A DNA stretch of 64,000 nucleotides from Basidiobolus meristosporus CBS 931.73. Lineage: Eukaryota > Fungi > Basidiobolomycota. Within the stretch, counting starts at the first letter, position 1, and every line of letters starts with the position of its first letter. The DNA lies in NCBI GenBank assembly GCA_002104905.1, contig MCFE01000103.1, positions 107,534 through 171,533 of the forward strand, read 5' to 3'. Under the pieces are notes generated by a model that worked only from the letters and a program-made list of their open reading frames with translations, did no database searches and had not been told where the DNA came from. The position numbers were made by a program, and so were the translations under genes. Of the stretch, positions 40,916-57,857 are shown one piece after another.

Positions 40916-42133
40916 ATGACCACCAAGGAAGTTACCTGCACCGCTCCTGTTAACATCGCCGTTATCAAATATTGGGGAAAGCGTGATAAGAAGCTCATCC
41001 TTCCCACCAACTCCTCCCTCTCGGCAACACTGTCCCAGGATCAACTTCACTCCAAAACCACCATCCGCACTGACCCATCTTTTGATAAAGATAGACTCTG
41101 GTTGAATGGTATCGAGGAAGACATCTCCAAGAACCCTCGTCTTGTGAACTGCTTTGCCGAAACCAGACGTTTGCGTCAGGAGGTTGAGAGCAAACTCCAA
41201 GCAGAAGGCAAGCCAGTTGAACTCTTGTCACACCAAAAGTTCCATGTTTGCTCCGAAAACAACTTCCCCACCGCCGCAGGCCTGGCTTCCTCCGCCTCCG
41301 GCTACGCTTGCCTGGTATACACTCTTGCACAACTATTTGAGCTCCCTATGTCTACTACTGAGCTCTCGAAAATTGCCCGCCTTGGTTCTGGCTCCGCTTG
41401 TCGCTCATTGTTCGGTGGCTTTGTTGCCTGGGAGATGGGAACTTCCCCAGATGGCTCTGATAGCCAGGCAGTCCAGGTCGCACCCCAAGGCCACTGGCCT
41501 GAAATCGAAGCGCTCATCTGTGTTGTGAGCGACGCCAAAAAGGGGGTTAGTTCTACATCTGGTATGCAGACCACCGTCGAAACTTCCCCACTTCTTCAAG
41601 AGCGCCTCCGCGTGGTTCCCGAGCGTATGAAGGCAATGTCCGAGGCCATTCTTAAACGTGACTTCCCAGCCTTTGCCGAGTTGACCATGAAGGACTCCAA
41701 CCAATTCCACTCTGTCTGCCTGGATACCTACCCACCCATTTTCTATCTGAATGATGTCTCCCGCGCCATCATTCGCATCATCACTGAATACAACTCCGGC
41801 CCCGAAGGCATCAAGGCTGCATACACCTTTGATGCTGGACCAAATGCGGTCATTTACGCCCCCAAGAAAAACATCGCCGAGATTGTGCAGCTTATCGCTC
41901 ACTATTTCCCAGCCTCTAATCCATCGGAGTACTTCAAAGATCCTTACAACGTACTTCAAGGTACTCTGGGTCAAGCTAAGCCAGCAGTTGAGGGTGTGTT
42001 GCCCATCTTCCCACCAGGCAGCGTCAAGCATATCTTGCACACCCCAGTAGGCGATGGACCCCGTATTCTCAAGGCCGAAGAGTCGCTCCTCGAAGCCTCC
42101 GGAATGCCCAAACGCATCAAAAGCTTGTTGTAG
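40916..42133 (+). CDS. MVD1: Diphosphomevalonate decarboxylase
   Basis: APVNIAVIKYWGKRD, NNFPTAAGLASSASG, GSGSACRS, YTFDAGPNA. Confidence 0.98.
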   Translation: MTTKEVTCTAPVNIAVIKYWGKRDKKLILPTNSSLSATLSQDQLHSKTTIRTDPSFDKDRLWLNGIEEDISKNPRLVNCFAETRRLRQEVESKLQAEGKPVELLSHQKFHVCSENNFPTAAGLASSASGYACLVYTLAQLFELPMSTTELSKIARLGSGSACRSLFGGFVAWEMGTSPDGSDSQAVQVAPQGHWPEIEALICVVSDAKKGVSSTSGMQTTVETSPLLQERLRVVPERMKAMSEAILKRDFPAFAELTMKDSNQFHSVCLDTYPPIFYLNDVSRAIIRIITEYNSGPEGIKAAYTFDAGPNAVIYAPKKNIAEIVQLIAHYFPASNPSEYFKDPYNVLQGTLGQAKPAVEGVLPIFPPGSVKHILHTPVGDGPRILKAEESLLEASGMPKRIKSLL

Positions 42134-42310
42134 TCACTTTCGCAATGTTTGATACTATATTTTAATAATGTTCCAAAGCCTCCCTGATGCCAACCGCATT
42201 AATTATTTATGGATACCACAATAAAGCCATACCATCCAACTAGATTATGAGGAAGAATTGAATTTATTCTTAATTTCCAATTATTTACAGAAAAACTTCA
42301 CCAGATAAGC

Positions 42311-43414
42311 TTAGAAATCGGCATCAAGTGTAAACTCGCCATCCTCCTTGGAAGAAGTCATGACACCAGCCTTCTGGTAGTCAGATACGCGCTTCTCGAA
42401 GAAGTTGGTTTTGCCTTGGAGAGAAATAAGATCCATGAAGTCGAATGGATTCTCTACGTCGTATACCTTGGGACATCCCAAGGCAACCAACAATCTGTCG
42501 GCGACAAACTCAATGTACTGACCCATAAGCTTGGCGTTCATACCGATCAACGCAACAGGCAAGGCATCGGTCAAGAACTCCTGTTCGATTGCAACTGCCT
42601 CAGTAATAATGGCTGTCACCTTCTCGTGACTTGGCTTGTTGCGGATCATGGAGAACATGAGACAACCAAAGTCGGTATGGAGACCCTCGTCACGGGAGAT
42701 AAGTTCGTTGGAGAAAGTAAGTCCGGGCATCAGACCACGCTTCTTCATCCAGAAGATCGAGGCGAAGGAGCCCGAGAAGAAGATGCCCTCGACCGCTGCG
42801 AAAGCGACAATACGCGTGGCGAAAGTTGAGTCGCGGTCACAAATCCATCTCAAGGCCCAATCGGCCTTTTTCTTGATGCATGGGATGGTCTCGATAGCGT
42901 TGAACAGTCTCTCGCGTTCGTTGGGCTCCTTGATGTAAGTGTCGATCAACAGGGAGTACATTTCGGAGTGGATGTTCTCAATCATAATCTGGAAACCATA
43001 GAAGAAGCGAGCTTCGGGGATTTGAACCTCGTCGCCAAATCTTTGAACCAGGTTTTCGTTGACAATTCCGTCGGAAGCGGCGAAGAAGGCAAGGACGTGA
43101 GAAATGAAGTGACGCTCGCCGTCGTTGAGATTCTCCCAGTCATTCATATCCTTGGAAAGATCAACTTCCTCGGCAGTCCAGATAGAAGCCTCGGCTTTTT
43201 TGTACATTTGCCAGACATCGTGGTGGCGAATAGGGAAGAGAACGAAGCGTCTGGGGTTGGGCTTAAGTAAAGGTTCGTCTTCCTTCTCAGAGTATGGCTT
43301 AGTCTCACCCTTCACCAAAGAAGAGTCATTACTATCTGGTTGAGTGTTGGTGGCGGTCTGTTGTTGCTCCTCCACTTCAACTTTGTCTACAGCGTTTTTG
43401 ATAGAGTCAGACAT
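42311..43414 (-). CDS. RNR2: Ribonucleotide reductase small (beta) subunit, class Ia
   Basis: [40 protein letters not shown]-terminal FTLDADF. Confidence 0.98.
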   Translation of the reverse strand: MSDSIKNAVDKVEVEEQQQTATNTQPDSNDSSLVKGETKPYSEKEDEPLLKPNPRRFVLFPIRHHDVWQMYKKAEASIWTAEEVDLSKDMNDWENLNDGERHFISHVLAFFAASDGIVNENLVQRFGDEVQIPEARFFYGFQIMIENIHSEMYSLLIDTYIKEPNERERLFNAIETIPCIKKKADWALRWICDRDSTFATRIVAFAAVEGIFFSGSFASIFWMKKRGLMPGLTFSNELISRDEGLHTDFGCLMFSMIRNKPSHEKVTAIITEAVAIEQEFLTDALPVALIGMNAKLMGQYIEFVADRLLVALGCPKVYDVENPFDFMDLISLQGKTNFFEKRVSDYQKAGVMTSSKEDGEFTLDADF

Positions 43415-44465
43415 GGTAATAATAGTAATAACCCGCTTTTAACTGGAGTGTACTGTTTGTAGGACAGAAATCTCGGTGATTTATATTAATCAACCAAGCC
43501 CTTTCCCTTCTAGATCCCTCTGTTTTATTGGATAAGAACGTCTCTCTAACTCAAAACAACTCAGTATTCCCGAGAATTTCCACATTCTACTTCTTCCATT
43601 AATATCTGGATCTGCCTTCCAACCCTATCTGCCAACCTTTTCTCGCGTTTTTCGCAAATTGACCCTCATGTCCCACGAATCACTATGGCCACTGCGGCAG
43701 GTAGATGGTCATATATTGGAACTGAAGGCCCGGAACCATGAAAAAAATCCGTTGGATGTATATTAGTTTAGTTCCAGATTTTGAAGGTGGAATAATTAGA
43801 TCGACGTATCCTTCTATTCCAGTGTGCTTGTGTGGAATAATTCGGTGACTAAGTGTACTGCTTGATGCTTGCATCAGCTGTTATGCGAGTGTTGCTCTGA
43901 CCCGGCTTTACCTGTGAAGCAGTGAATGCCATCAAGAGCATCTAGAGCCACACTCGTGGATTCCTTGTTATTGGGCCCTAAAAGGCCTAGATTAATGCAA
44001 ATTGGACTAACGAATAGCAACCGCTGTTTCATAGAGTAGAATGTCATTCTTGTAAGTTTGCCCAGATTTCCTTATAACGGCATGCTGAGTGCCTCCTTTT
44101 GATAAGCGTTGGTTTCTCTTCATTCTAATCCCCTAGAGCGAACACCTCGGCATCATATGCAGCTTCACCATGGGATTGAGATTGTATTCAAGACTGTGCT
44201 TTGAATTTGCATTAGCACTGAAATTAATGCTAATAAAATTGTTGAATGAAATAGCTTAATGTATTTCAGGGGGAATTAGATTATTCTGTGATTAGGGTTT
44301 TGAGGCAGTTTGAACATGTAAACAGTCGTCCAATAACCGACGTTTAACGAGTTGGCGAATGTTCGTTTAAAATAAACACACCTTCCATATTCTCAATTAA
44401 TTTAAGCGTTGATCCAAGCAATCGTAACTTGGAATTTTTCGCCTCGTCTTTTCATGCGTCATTAA

Positions 44466-44921
<456 letters not shown>

Positions 44922-45869
44922 ACACTATATATCTTCAACTATCGCTTATTTTCTGTATTATATATTTATATTAATGGCTACACTAAATAAACAAGTGTAC
45001 TCAACACACATCATCCCAATGGACGTAATGTTTCAGCTACGGAATGGCCGATGTCTGGCAATGCTGTGTGATGGAATATCCAATGACTGGCCTAACATTT
45101 CTGCACATTGATTGTTAATTCGATATTGTTGACTTGAACAATCTTCGATAACTCGATTAATCCAGGTAAGGCGATTCATATCGCCCCATTGGACAGTGGA
45201 TTTGAGCGAGAGTCGTGTTACAGTAATTAGCTTTTGAGCAGTACTTTGACTTGACAAGGGTGAAATCGCCAGTTTCACAAAGAAACCAGGGAGCAATCAA
45301 ACTTCCAAATATACGCACACAGTACAATCCTAATGCTGCCTTGGGAATCTCTACAGATTACACTTGAAGAGATAATCTATTGAGATCGGATTTAACTTGA
45401 TGTAGACTAAATTCTGATACCAACTTATATATGATTAGATTACATAATATCATAGGTAATATACTGATCCTATACAATCTCCTATTCTAATGGATTCCGT
45501 TATCCCAAACTAGTCAGTTCAGAAAGGATGTGGCTGGATTTCCTACCGCGATAGATTGGCTTGATTTTTTGAAATCACTGTGAGCGCGAGAGATACACAA
45601 TTATATTAAATCACCACTACACTTTATCCCCCCCCCCCAAAATTCCTTTGGCTATTTTTCTTCGACATCACTGGAATTTAACACCAGTCCACTCTTCTCT
45701 GTCCTCTAATATTCATCCTGTTCTATTCTGACATACAGCCCAGCTTGTCTTTCTCCACTTCGACTTTGTCTTAATATATTTTTGTCTTACACTTTTTTGT
45801 TCCTACCCCTGGCTGTTATATAACCACTTGTGCATACACACTCGACTGATTGTCTTACCCAGGCATAAG

Positions 45870-47109
45870 ATGAGCTCCTTCAATCAGACGTTTAACTTTG
45901 CTGGTTTTAATCAACAGCAGCAGCAGCAACAACAACAACAACAACAACAACAACAGCTGCAACAAGCACAATCTTTAAAACTTTCCCACCCTACCACATA
46001 TCACCTTCAGCAATCGCAAATGAAAATGCAGCCTGATACTAACCATGTACATTTCGGTTCACCCATGGACCCTGGTTTCCTTCAAATGCAGCAACAGTTT
46101 AGCGGGAGCATAAAAAAAGAGAGTTCCCCGGATTTTTACCCTTCGGAAGATACTCAAATGCATAATTCCTCTGTTGCCCCTATGGTCTCTCCCATCACTA
46201 TAGCACGCCAGCATACACCAGCCACATACGACAACGGTGATGATTTGCATGGTTCTTTCAACCCTTCCTCGTTCGCTACTTCCCCAGGCAATGGGTCAGT
46301 TTACTCCCCTGGTCCGGACGAATTTCTGTATGACGGCAACGACTTTTCTGCTGGACTTCCCCGGGGATCCATGCCCGCTTTCTCATCTATGGACATGAAA
46401 TCCAACTCGAAAATGAATCATGTGCGGTTCGGCAATCACGTTGGATCACTCAATAGCCAGCTTAATTCGAGCTCTGCTGATATGCACGGTGGCTTCCATA
46501 GTATGTCTGTTCCCACACATACTGCCGATTGGTTCCACAAAAACATGGACCAGGATTCGTTGACGGGCTCTCCACCTACTTCTCTTCAGGGGCAAAACGG
46601 TAACGTGTCCATGATGGCCACTTTATTGGAAAACGAGGAGCCAGAGAGTGCAGCCAAACAGTAAGCAGCTATATATCGGTATTGGCCCGTTTGAACCTAC
46701 ACTCACAAGTATACTTTTCTTAAAGGATCCAAATGCTGTACGAGAAGCGCAGGCGCAGACGTGAGAGTCACAACGCTGGTAAGCATCTCGGCCTAGTTTA
46801 GCCTCCTCATCTATCCCTAAACCGGCCCATTTCAATGTAGTGGAGCGTCGTCGCAGGGACAATATCAACGAGAAGATCCAGGAGCTCTCCACTCTGGTTC
46901 CTGATTGCTTTGGGGATGGTATCAACAAGCCAAACAAGGGAGTTATTCTCAAAAAGTCGGTAGACTATATCCATCACTTGCAACAAATCATTCAGCAGCA
47001 AGATAGCCGAAACCAGGAGCTCGAAGCCATGCTTTCAAAGCTACAAGTGGCCAAACAGGGCGACGAAGGTCACATCAATAACGACGGAGGTAGTTCGATG
47101 CAAGCCTAA
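45870..47109 (+). CDS. bHLH-zipper transcription factor, Rtg3/MiT-TFE-like, with polyQ, multi-exon
   Basis: Spliced RRRRRESHNA/VERRRRDNINEKIQEL...KPNKGVILKKSVDYI; N-terminal Q15 tract. Confidence 0.9.
45912..45956 (+). repeat. CAA/CAG trinucleotide tract (polyQ)
   Basis: 15 consecutive Gln codons. Confidence 0.95.
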
Positions 47110-47548
47110 CAGCTAATGATCCCAAGATCATATGTAGAATAGCACACTCTCTTTTCATCACTGTCACTTGTGCATTACAATTCGCGTAATCATCGCTGAA
47201 GCGGTTTCCAAGTGCACATAGGTGTTAAACGTTAGGGTTCACCTTTATTGACGATACCTCTGCATCTCATGTCTTCCTTTTAAACGTTAGTTTCATCATT
47301 GATTTCAATTTTGAAGATCATGTAGTTTTTGATCTTAATGTTGTGCCTTCTCATGAAGATCGTCCTTTACATTTTAGGTTGGTATCATGATCAGTCGTTG
47401 AAGATTGGTCATCATCCAGGCTTTGAGTACTCAAGTTCCGTGTTTTTGTGAACGATATTTCCTCCAACCCACCCTGTCCCTACGCATTTGCAAGCCCTTA
47501 GATTCCAATCCCCGCCCCGCATATGCAACCGCTTTCTCAAATCTTTAC

Positions 47549-47573
47549 ATATATATATATATATATATATATA
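47549..47573. repeat. (AT)n microsatellite
   Basis: About 12 AT units, intergenic. Confidence 0.9.
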
Positions 47574-47921
47574 CACCCGAGTTTCTTTGCTTTTGCCAAT
47601 AATTCTATTTTGATTGTGTTTTATCTACGTATGAACCAATGTTATATTTGGTACGCTCAACCACGGACACTGCTCAGCCAGGGGAGATTGCCGGATTTCT
47701 GACAGTAATGAATTCAATAAATCCCGAATAAATATCCCATGTCCCCGCATGTGGCCCGAAAAATTCATCTCGTCTGGTGAAAAAAGAAAAAAATTGTGAA
47801 GTGCTGTGATGTATTGCACGAAATTAAGCTGAATTGATTTATACATTCAAATAGGATCTATCCGAAGTGGTGCCCCTCTCAACTTGGCTCAGTCAGCTCA
47901 GAACTATCCACTTTCACTAGT

Positions 47922-51017
<3,096 letters not shown>

Positions 51018-51229
51018 TGCAACTACCTAAAATCCCCTACTCCATAGAATCCAATCGATTGCTGTTACTAAAGTGTTTATTCCTTTGACTACCTCCTCAA
51101 ATCCAGCGCCCTTCTTTAAAGCGCGATGAATGATATAAAGTCGGTTCACCAATGTAGTTGATGGGATGGAGAATGCCAATGGGTTTATTAAATTAGCAAC
51201 AAGAAAAATGCAAACTGGCATTTAACAAA

Positions 51230-52168
51230 CTAATAGTCACACTCCGCTTGGTCGACACCACCACGGCATACGGTTCCAGGTGCACAGCGTTGTGTGTACT
51301 CGTATCCATTGGTGCATACTGTGAATTCCTGTGACTGTCCGGGATTTACGCATTTGGTTTTGTAACCCGAGCAGCGACCTGGCTTGTTGTTGCCGGGCTT
51401 CGAAGGTGTCCCTGGGTTAGTGGGAGGAGGATTGGGGGTAGTTGGAGGCTTGGTAGTGGCTGAGGGCTTAGTAGGCTTCTCAGTAGTAGAGGGTTTGGAA
51501 GGTTTGGTAGGTGTGGAAGGTTCTGGTGCGACCACATCGCCACCGTTGCCAGTTACCTTCACGGTAGGCCTCTTGGGGAACAAATCCTTACCACTGTATC
51601 CACCGTTCGTAAACTCGGGAATTGTCACGTATCCGGGAAGATTGGCAACCAACAACTTAGGGCCAGTGATAGAACCGGAGGGACTACCTTGGATCTCAAC
51701 GTCGGCGCAGTTCATGTAATATTCACGATTACCAGTTTTGTTGATCCAAGCCCAAGCGAAAGTGGCCCTGCCACTGGGTGCTCCGGCTGGGATCTGAATA
51801 CTGTAATCTTTGGATGCAATTAAGCAATCATCAAAAACGTCCTTAAGGACGACAAAGGTTTTATCATCGTACGATAAGGCAAATTGACAATGGCCTCCAT
51901 TGTGAGGGGCACCGCCGCCAATCTTGACTGGGAGGGTACCTCCGGCCTTGACGGTTTGGACAACTCCGCCTTTGCCATATCCACGGCAAGGATAAGGCCA
52001 ACGACCAGATTCCAGGGGAGAACTCATATCGTAGTCGGGAGAACCCTTGTAGGTAGGGTTGTACTGCGACTGGCGAGGAGGAGGCTGGATCAGTTCCATA
52101 TGACCGAGGGCGAAAGGAGCAAGCGCCAACAAAGCGAAGACAGGAAGAGAGAGTTTGGAGAAAACCAT
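51230..52168 (-). CDS. Secreted AA11-type lytic polysaccharide monooxygenase with P/T/K linker and C-terminal Cys-rich carbohydrate-binding-like module
   Basis: Signal peptide ending ...ALG then His1 (HMEL), PYPCRG, HNGGHCQFALSYD, FAWAWINKTGNREYYMNCADV. C-terminal C..C..C..CAPGTVC. Confidence 0.88.
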   Translation of the reverse strand: MVFSKLSLPVFALLALAPFALGHMELIQPPPRQSQYNPTYKGSPDYDMSSPLESGRWPYPCRGYGKGGVVQTVKAGGTLPVKIGGGAPHNGGHCQFALSYDDKTFVVLKDVFDDCLIASKDYSIQIPAGAPSGRATFAWAWINKTGNREYYMNCADVEIQGSPSGSITGPKLLVANLPGYVTIPEFTNGGYSGKDLFPKRPTVKVTGNGGDVVAPEPSTPTKPSKPSTTEKPTKPSATTKPPTTPNPPPTNPGTPSKPGNNKPGRCSGYKTKCVNPGQSQEFTVCTNGYEYTQRCAPGTVCRGGVDQAECDY

Positions 52169-52594
52169 ATTGTCAGTTAAAAGTTTAGCCAGCTAGCCTG
52201 CTAGAAAAGTCGGTGGGATCTATTCCGGTAGATCAAAGTTCGTGCTGTCAAGGTGAGCGAGCCAAGGCAGTTTTATAAGCTGGCTATTGTCACGAAATCT
52301 TTAACTATCCTTAACAATTACTGTTACTGAAGATAAAATCACAAAGAGTGTATTTGGGTTAGAATCAAACTTTTGTCATACAGCAATAAGCGCTCGGTGT
52401 ATCAAAAGATATGGTGATACATTGCTTTCCCAAATCTAGCACTACTGGCCAGCTCTAGCCTGTTATGAGACCCATGCTGGTCCCAGTACTTCATATTTTA
52501 GTTTATAAACCGGTCGATATTATTTGTTACTGAAACAACTGTATATGAGAGGTGCCAATGCTAGCGCCGCTAACCGGTTTAAAGCTTATTAATT

Positions 52595-52662
52595 AAAGCC
52601 TACCTGAACAATTGAACCCTGAAGCCTGCCTGAACAATTGAACCCCGAAGCCTACCCTGAAC
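52595..52662. repeat. 26-bp tandem repeat (~2.6 copies)
   Basis: GAAGCCT(A/G)CCTGAACAATTGAACCC(T/C) repeated. Confidence 0.85.
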
Positions 52663-55598
52663 TTGCTTCTCTATATACTTCAGCAATTAATGGGCATTGC
52701 AACTACCCGTTTCTAGAGGTTGAACTGCTATTATTTCCGACAAGGGGATTCAAGTATATCATTCGATACTTTCCCTTTATTTTGGTTCATGCGACCATGA
52801 TCGTACCAAGGGTTCAGTGACTAGATGCTACTCAAGCCTGTATTGGTGCCAGGTGACCGAATACCAATACGGTACGACACCATTGGTGTAGCTACTCGGT
52901 TTCCCAGTCCTCTTGGATATGTGAAACGCTGACCAATGTTCCCTTTCTTTGGGTTGTTGAGCAATTCGATGCATATGACTAGCAGTAACATGACACAACA
53001 GATAGTTGGATGATATTCTTGCCAATTCAATATACAGAAGTACAAGTAGCCCTGGATTATTTTATGAGTTGTTTTCTGCCACTAGTATTATCAGTCTCCA
53101 AGGTTGTGGATTATCTGCCATTCAAGTATTTGTTAGAGCAATGTTTAGTTAACCACCTTGTGTCGCAATCTGATAGTTAGCTTGCCCACATTACTTGTAA
53201 TCAATTTAACCCGTACTATGCTCTCGGAATTAGAAGTTGTCACATAGTACGTGTTCTCTATTTGTGCTTGATATACGAATGATTGCATATGAGTTACTCT
53301 AACTCTTTACAGCATTTTGAAGTATTCAGCAAAATATCGTGGTTTTACTCTGTTAATCTAGTATAAATATATAGAGGATATTTTGCGAACATATCGAATT
53401 TGCTGAAATACCAAGAATATAGATGTGCTTAAAAGCCCCTACACTTACACATAGACTCCCATGACCTTCTCCAAATTTCCATCATTTCCTGCATATTTGT
53501 GAAATTTAGTCAAATGACTATCAAGATGGACTATAAGTGTCACAAAGAAATATGTAGAAAGTGCAGAGGCCATTGGACAACCTTGGGGTGATTTTGTTTT
53601 CTCTACGTTTCTACATTTGACTTTCCAAGTTACATGGCGATTTGTGAATGTCAGGTGTGGAACTTTTCTGACCAGCTTGCAGCTCTTGGTAAGTCTGAGG
53701 ACTTTCATAATAAGACTTGATACATACAAAACTGGATTCAGTTGTAAGTTTTTTGGATATATTGAAAGTGTTTGGGAGGAGATGGTGGACTACATGGTTT
53801 CATTTAGATTACTTATTGACTATAGAAGATATCTGTACTCTCCTGCATGTAAAGTATGGTTAGTATTGTGATGCTGCAAGTGATTAGGAGAACAAATAGA
53901 TTATTAGGTTTCCGCTTAGTGGCTGGTTAAATGCAGAAGTAGCGTTGATATATTTCAAGTTTTGGCAAAAATGAACATACAAAATCGGCCCAAGGAGGTC
54001 TCAAAAGCTTGTGTGCAAAGCTTGGGGTCTTTGGAGCAATTATGAGAAATACCACTCTCTAGGCACTATAATATTTATATGACCAAAGTCTCTATCAAGC
54101 TCATTGATGAAGTGTGAATCATTTTTTCAGAGCCGATTTTGAATGATAATAGCTAATTCTACTAGATAGTAAAGTCCTAGTATTTATCAATACTTTCAAG
54201 GATACTCAAATGATCTTGAGCTTTGTATCCATCTTATGTAGCTACTTTTCAAATCCTAATTTCCAGCTTTACAAGGTCCCCTCAAAAGCATGATTATTTT
54301 ATCTGAGGTGCATAGGTTTACATGTGAATGTAAAGATTTTTCTTGTTTTCTAAGTTATGTCCAATACCAACATAAGCATCAAACACCAATATTTTGGAGA
54401 AAAGAATTAGAGTAATCACTGAAAAAAAGAGAGTATTTGGATGAGGGGTCTACAAAACTCTATGAACATGTTTATTTTTCCAACCAAGTTGAGTCTAAAG
54501 CCTCATGAGCAATCTAGATACAAAGCTGTATATTTCTATCTAAACTCTGATATGTAAATATAGAGTCTATCTATGCAACTTAAAGTTCCAGTTGATTTCC
54601 ATTATATCAGTTCAGCTATGTCACCAATTATAATAAATGAATATTTATTTGCAGGGCCAAGCTGCATCAAGTAGCACAATCTCACTAGTTTACACTGAGT
54701 ACCATGCAAGTTTCATTTCAGTTTGAAATCTAAATCATATCCACACTACCACGATACAGCAGCAAAATTCAAGTCTTGCCACTTTGAATAAAGGACCGAG
54801 GATTTATCAGTGGTAAATGCTATTAGCCTATAAAATCCAAAGTCATCAAATTTGGCATAGTATAGAGGACGGAATGCCATTGAAAGAAAAAGGTAGCGAT
54901 AGCAACAAAATAAGAGCCAAAAGTAAGTTTTCAGTGTCTTGTTATAACATTGACTACAAGCGGTTTAGTGATATGTAAATATCACATTTCTATTGCAGCA
55001 AAATTCAATACAGATGAGAAAGAAATTTTCAAAATCAGTGCACATTTGGATGGCATACATAGATCCCGCTCAATAGCCATACATATTTGCATGTTGTAAA
55101 GATTGAATAAACTTTGGAACCATCCATCAAGATATGACAAATATGTATGCAATAAACCCTGGTGTATTTTGGATCTTCCGATACATTTAAGCCTCTTCAT
55201 ACCATGTGGATTAAACGACATGTCAGGAAAGGACCGTGTTGAGAATTGTTATTATCTTCCGGCCTCCAGCTCCCTGACCAATCTGGGTGATGAGGCTTAA
55301 AGTGCGCTTCTTAGAATATATGCTTAAAATGAGCTTATTTGACACTGAAGATCCAGGCACCTGAATGGAACATCAGCTGAATTCTTAGGTTGTCGATAAT
55401 CCCAGGGATGATTTACCAAATATACATGGTCTAGCCCAAATTAATATCCGTTGGAAATCTTTCCCTATTTTGGAGGGAGGTTGTGGAGATGCGTGAAAAA
55501 AAGTCAGTTGTGTACCGCCATAACCAGCACTTTCTTTCCTATAAATAATGCCTGCAGAGTGGGATACGATCAGATTTCAATTAGTATTCTCAACGAAG

Positions 55599-56993
55599 AT
55601 GGTCAATTTCAAGTACGACCTGTCCGCTTTGCGGATCGGTAACATTCGCTACAATAGTCCCATGACACAGGTTCTATTCATCGGTTTCGTATGCTTCTGT
55701 TGTCCTGGCATGTTCAACTGTATTAACGGCATGGGTGCCGGCGGTGAAGAGAACGGAACCACGGCCAAGAACGGCAACGTTGCTCTCTACACCACTTTCG
55801 CTATTTTTGGTGTCTTTGGTGGTGCTTTCTACAATCTCCTTGGTGTCCGACTCTGTGTTCTGCTTGGTGGTGGTTGCTATGCTCTCTATACTGGTTCCAT
55901 GCTTTACTTGAAGGAGCATTCGGTCGGCACGTGGAATTCGGTTGGCAGTCAGGTCTTTGTCATTGTTGCCTCTGCCATCCTTGGTATTGGTGCTGGTATT
56001 CTCTGGACTGCAGAAGGTGTGATCATGATGTCGTATCCCCCTGAAGATGAGAAGGGTAGATGTGTTGCTTATTTCTGGATCATCTTCAACTTGGGTGGGG
56101 TCATGGGTGCCTTCATTCCTTTCGGTCTTAACTTCCACAACTCCGGCAGCGGAGTAAACAGTGCTACCTACATTGCCTTCCTTAGTATCATGTGCATTGG
56201 TGCTCTCTTTGGACTTCTGCTCCTCCCTCCTGAGAAGGTTATCCGTAACGACGGTTCCCGTGTTCAGGTTGAAAAGTTCCAGAACGTTTGGACTGAGGCC
56301 AAGCAGATTCTGCTTCTGTTCAAGGACAAGAACATGCTACTTTTGACTCCAATTTCTCTTGCATCCAACTGGTTCTACTCTTACCAATTCGGCGATATCA
56401 ACGGTGTCTTGTTCAACCTTCGTACCCGTTCCTTCAACAATGCCTTCTACTGGGCCTTCCAAATGCTTGGTGCCTTCTTGTTGGGAATGTTCCTTGATTC
56501 CAAGAGCTTCAGCCGTCGCACCAGAGCTTTGTACGGACTGTACGGCGTGTTTGCTGTGATTATGATCGTTTGGGGAGGCGGTCTTGCCTTACAGTTGCAG
56601 TACACTCGTGAAGACATTGCTCGCCATAGGCCTGACATTGACTTCATCAAAAATGCTGGATCTTTCTGGCCCAAATGGGTTCTTTATTCATGCTATGGAC
56701 TGCTGGATGCCGCCACCCAATCCTATGCTTACTGGATCATGGGTACCATGACCAATGATTCCACTACTCTTGCCCGCTATGGTGGCTACTACAAGGGTAT
56801 TCAATCTGCTGGTGGTGCTATCTCCTGGAGAATTGATGCCATTGGCACTTCTTATCTTGTCGAGTTCATCATTTGCTGGGCTCTTCTGATTCTTTGCTTC
56901 CCTTTCACTTGGGTCATTGCTAAAAACGTTAAAGAAACCTGCAACGACGACGATATGGAGAAGCAAGATGATATGAAGCTTCCTGCCCAATAG
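55599..56993 (+). CDS. UNC-93-like MFS membrane transporter (fungal DUF895 type)
   Basis: YNSPMTQVLFIGFVCFCCPGMFNCINGMGAGG, GILWTAEG..MMSYP, FNLRTRSFN, YYKGIQSAG; many hydrophobic helices. Confidence 0.9.
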   Translation: MVNFKYDLSALRIGNIRYNSPMTQVLFIGFVCFCCPGMFNCINGMGAGGEENGTTAKNGNVALYTTFAIFGVFGGAFYNLLGVRLCVLLGGGCYALYTGSMLYLKEHSVGTWNSVGSQVFVIVASAILGIGAGILWTAEGVIMMSYPPEDEKGRCVAYFWIIFNLGGVMGAFIPFGLNFHNSGSGVNSATYIAFLSIMCIGALFGLLLLPPEKVIRNDGSRVQVEKFQNVWTEAKQILLLFKDKNMLLLTPISLASNWFYSYQFGDINGVLFNLRTRSFNNAFYWAFQMLGAFLLGMFLDSKSFSRRTRALYGLYGVFAVIMIVWGGGLALQLQYTREDIARHRPDIDFIKNAGSFWPKWVLYSCYGLLDAATQSYAYWIMGTMTNDSTTLARYGGYYKGIQSAGGAISWRIDAIGTSYLVEFIICWALLILCFPFTWVIAKNVKETCNDDDMEKQDDMKLPAQ

Positions 56994-57802
56994 ATGGAGT
57001 TTGTATTATGCTTAATGACAAACAGATATATATGTATGTAAAGTGAATATCAATAATATATATGAATAAATCCTATTGTACCCTACTTCTACTATGGTGA
57101 ACGCATTGGAAGAATCTATCTATTTGTGAAGATCGTTGGAAAAAGCAAACAATTAGCTAAAATGGTAGATCGTTGGAAGTGCATCATTCATTGGCCAATT
57201 AACTCGCATTGCATTGAAAAAGGCAAGTAAAGATTCCTAAATCATTGGCCAAGAAATTCGCAAATGGTAGAGCCAAACAAGCTTTTAGTCCAGATCTCGT
57301 ATCAGACTTCTAATAGGTAGTGTCGACATGTGGCTCAAACAAAACCCAGTAATCATTGGCTCCTTACTTTTTCAGTGGTGGTGCTGCCTAGATCAAGCAG
57401 GCAGGTGTTGAACCTAGCTGGGCTTGATTTCGATCCTTCCTTTGGAGGTTGTCACCTGAGTGAGAGTCCTAAACTGTAACTTTCAAAGTTTGACGCATAA
57501 CGCCACTTGCGAGTCGCAGTTTAGAAATGCTTCCAACATTGGAAAGTCGATTTTCTATCGGAGTATCCAGAAATGTTGAATTATTGGCATATCAGAATTG
57601 GGTTTATTGTATACATTTGCCGTTAGCTGGTTAGCCGCTTGCGTTCAAACATACTGTGGAAATTACTTTGGTCTGTTCTCCTGTTTGAGTCGAATATTGT
57701 TTTTCCGCTACGCATAGGTTGCTGGAATTTCGAGGATCGTATAAATGGTAAGCAATATACTTGCACCTCTGGGGTTGGTCATTCTGCAAATAGCCATCGC
57801 GC

Positions 57803-57857
57803 AAGTAGTTTGATTCTAGTATATTTCTGAAGTAGTTTGATTCTAGTATATTTCTGA
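57803..57857. repeat. 27-bp perfect direct duplication
   Basis: AAGTAGTTTGATTCTAGTATATTTCTG twice. Confidence 0.9.
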
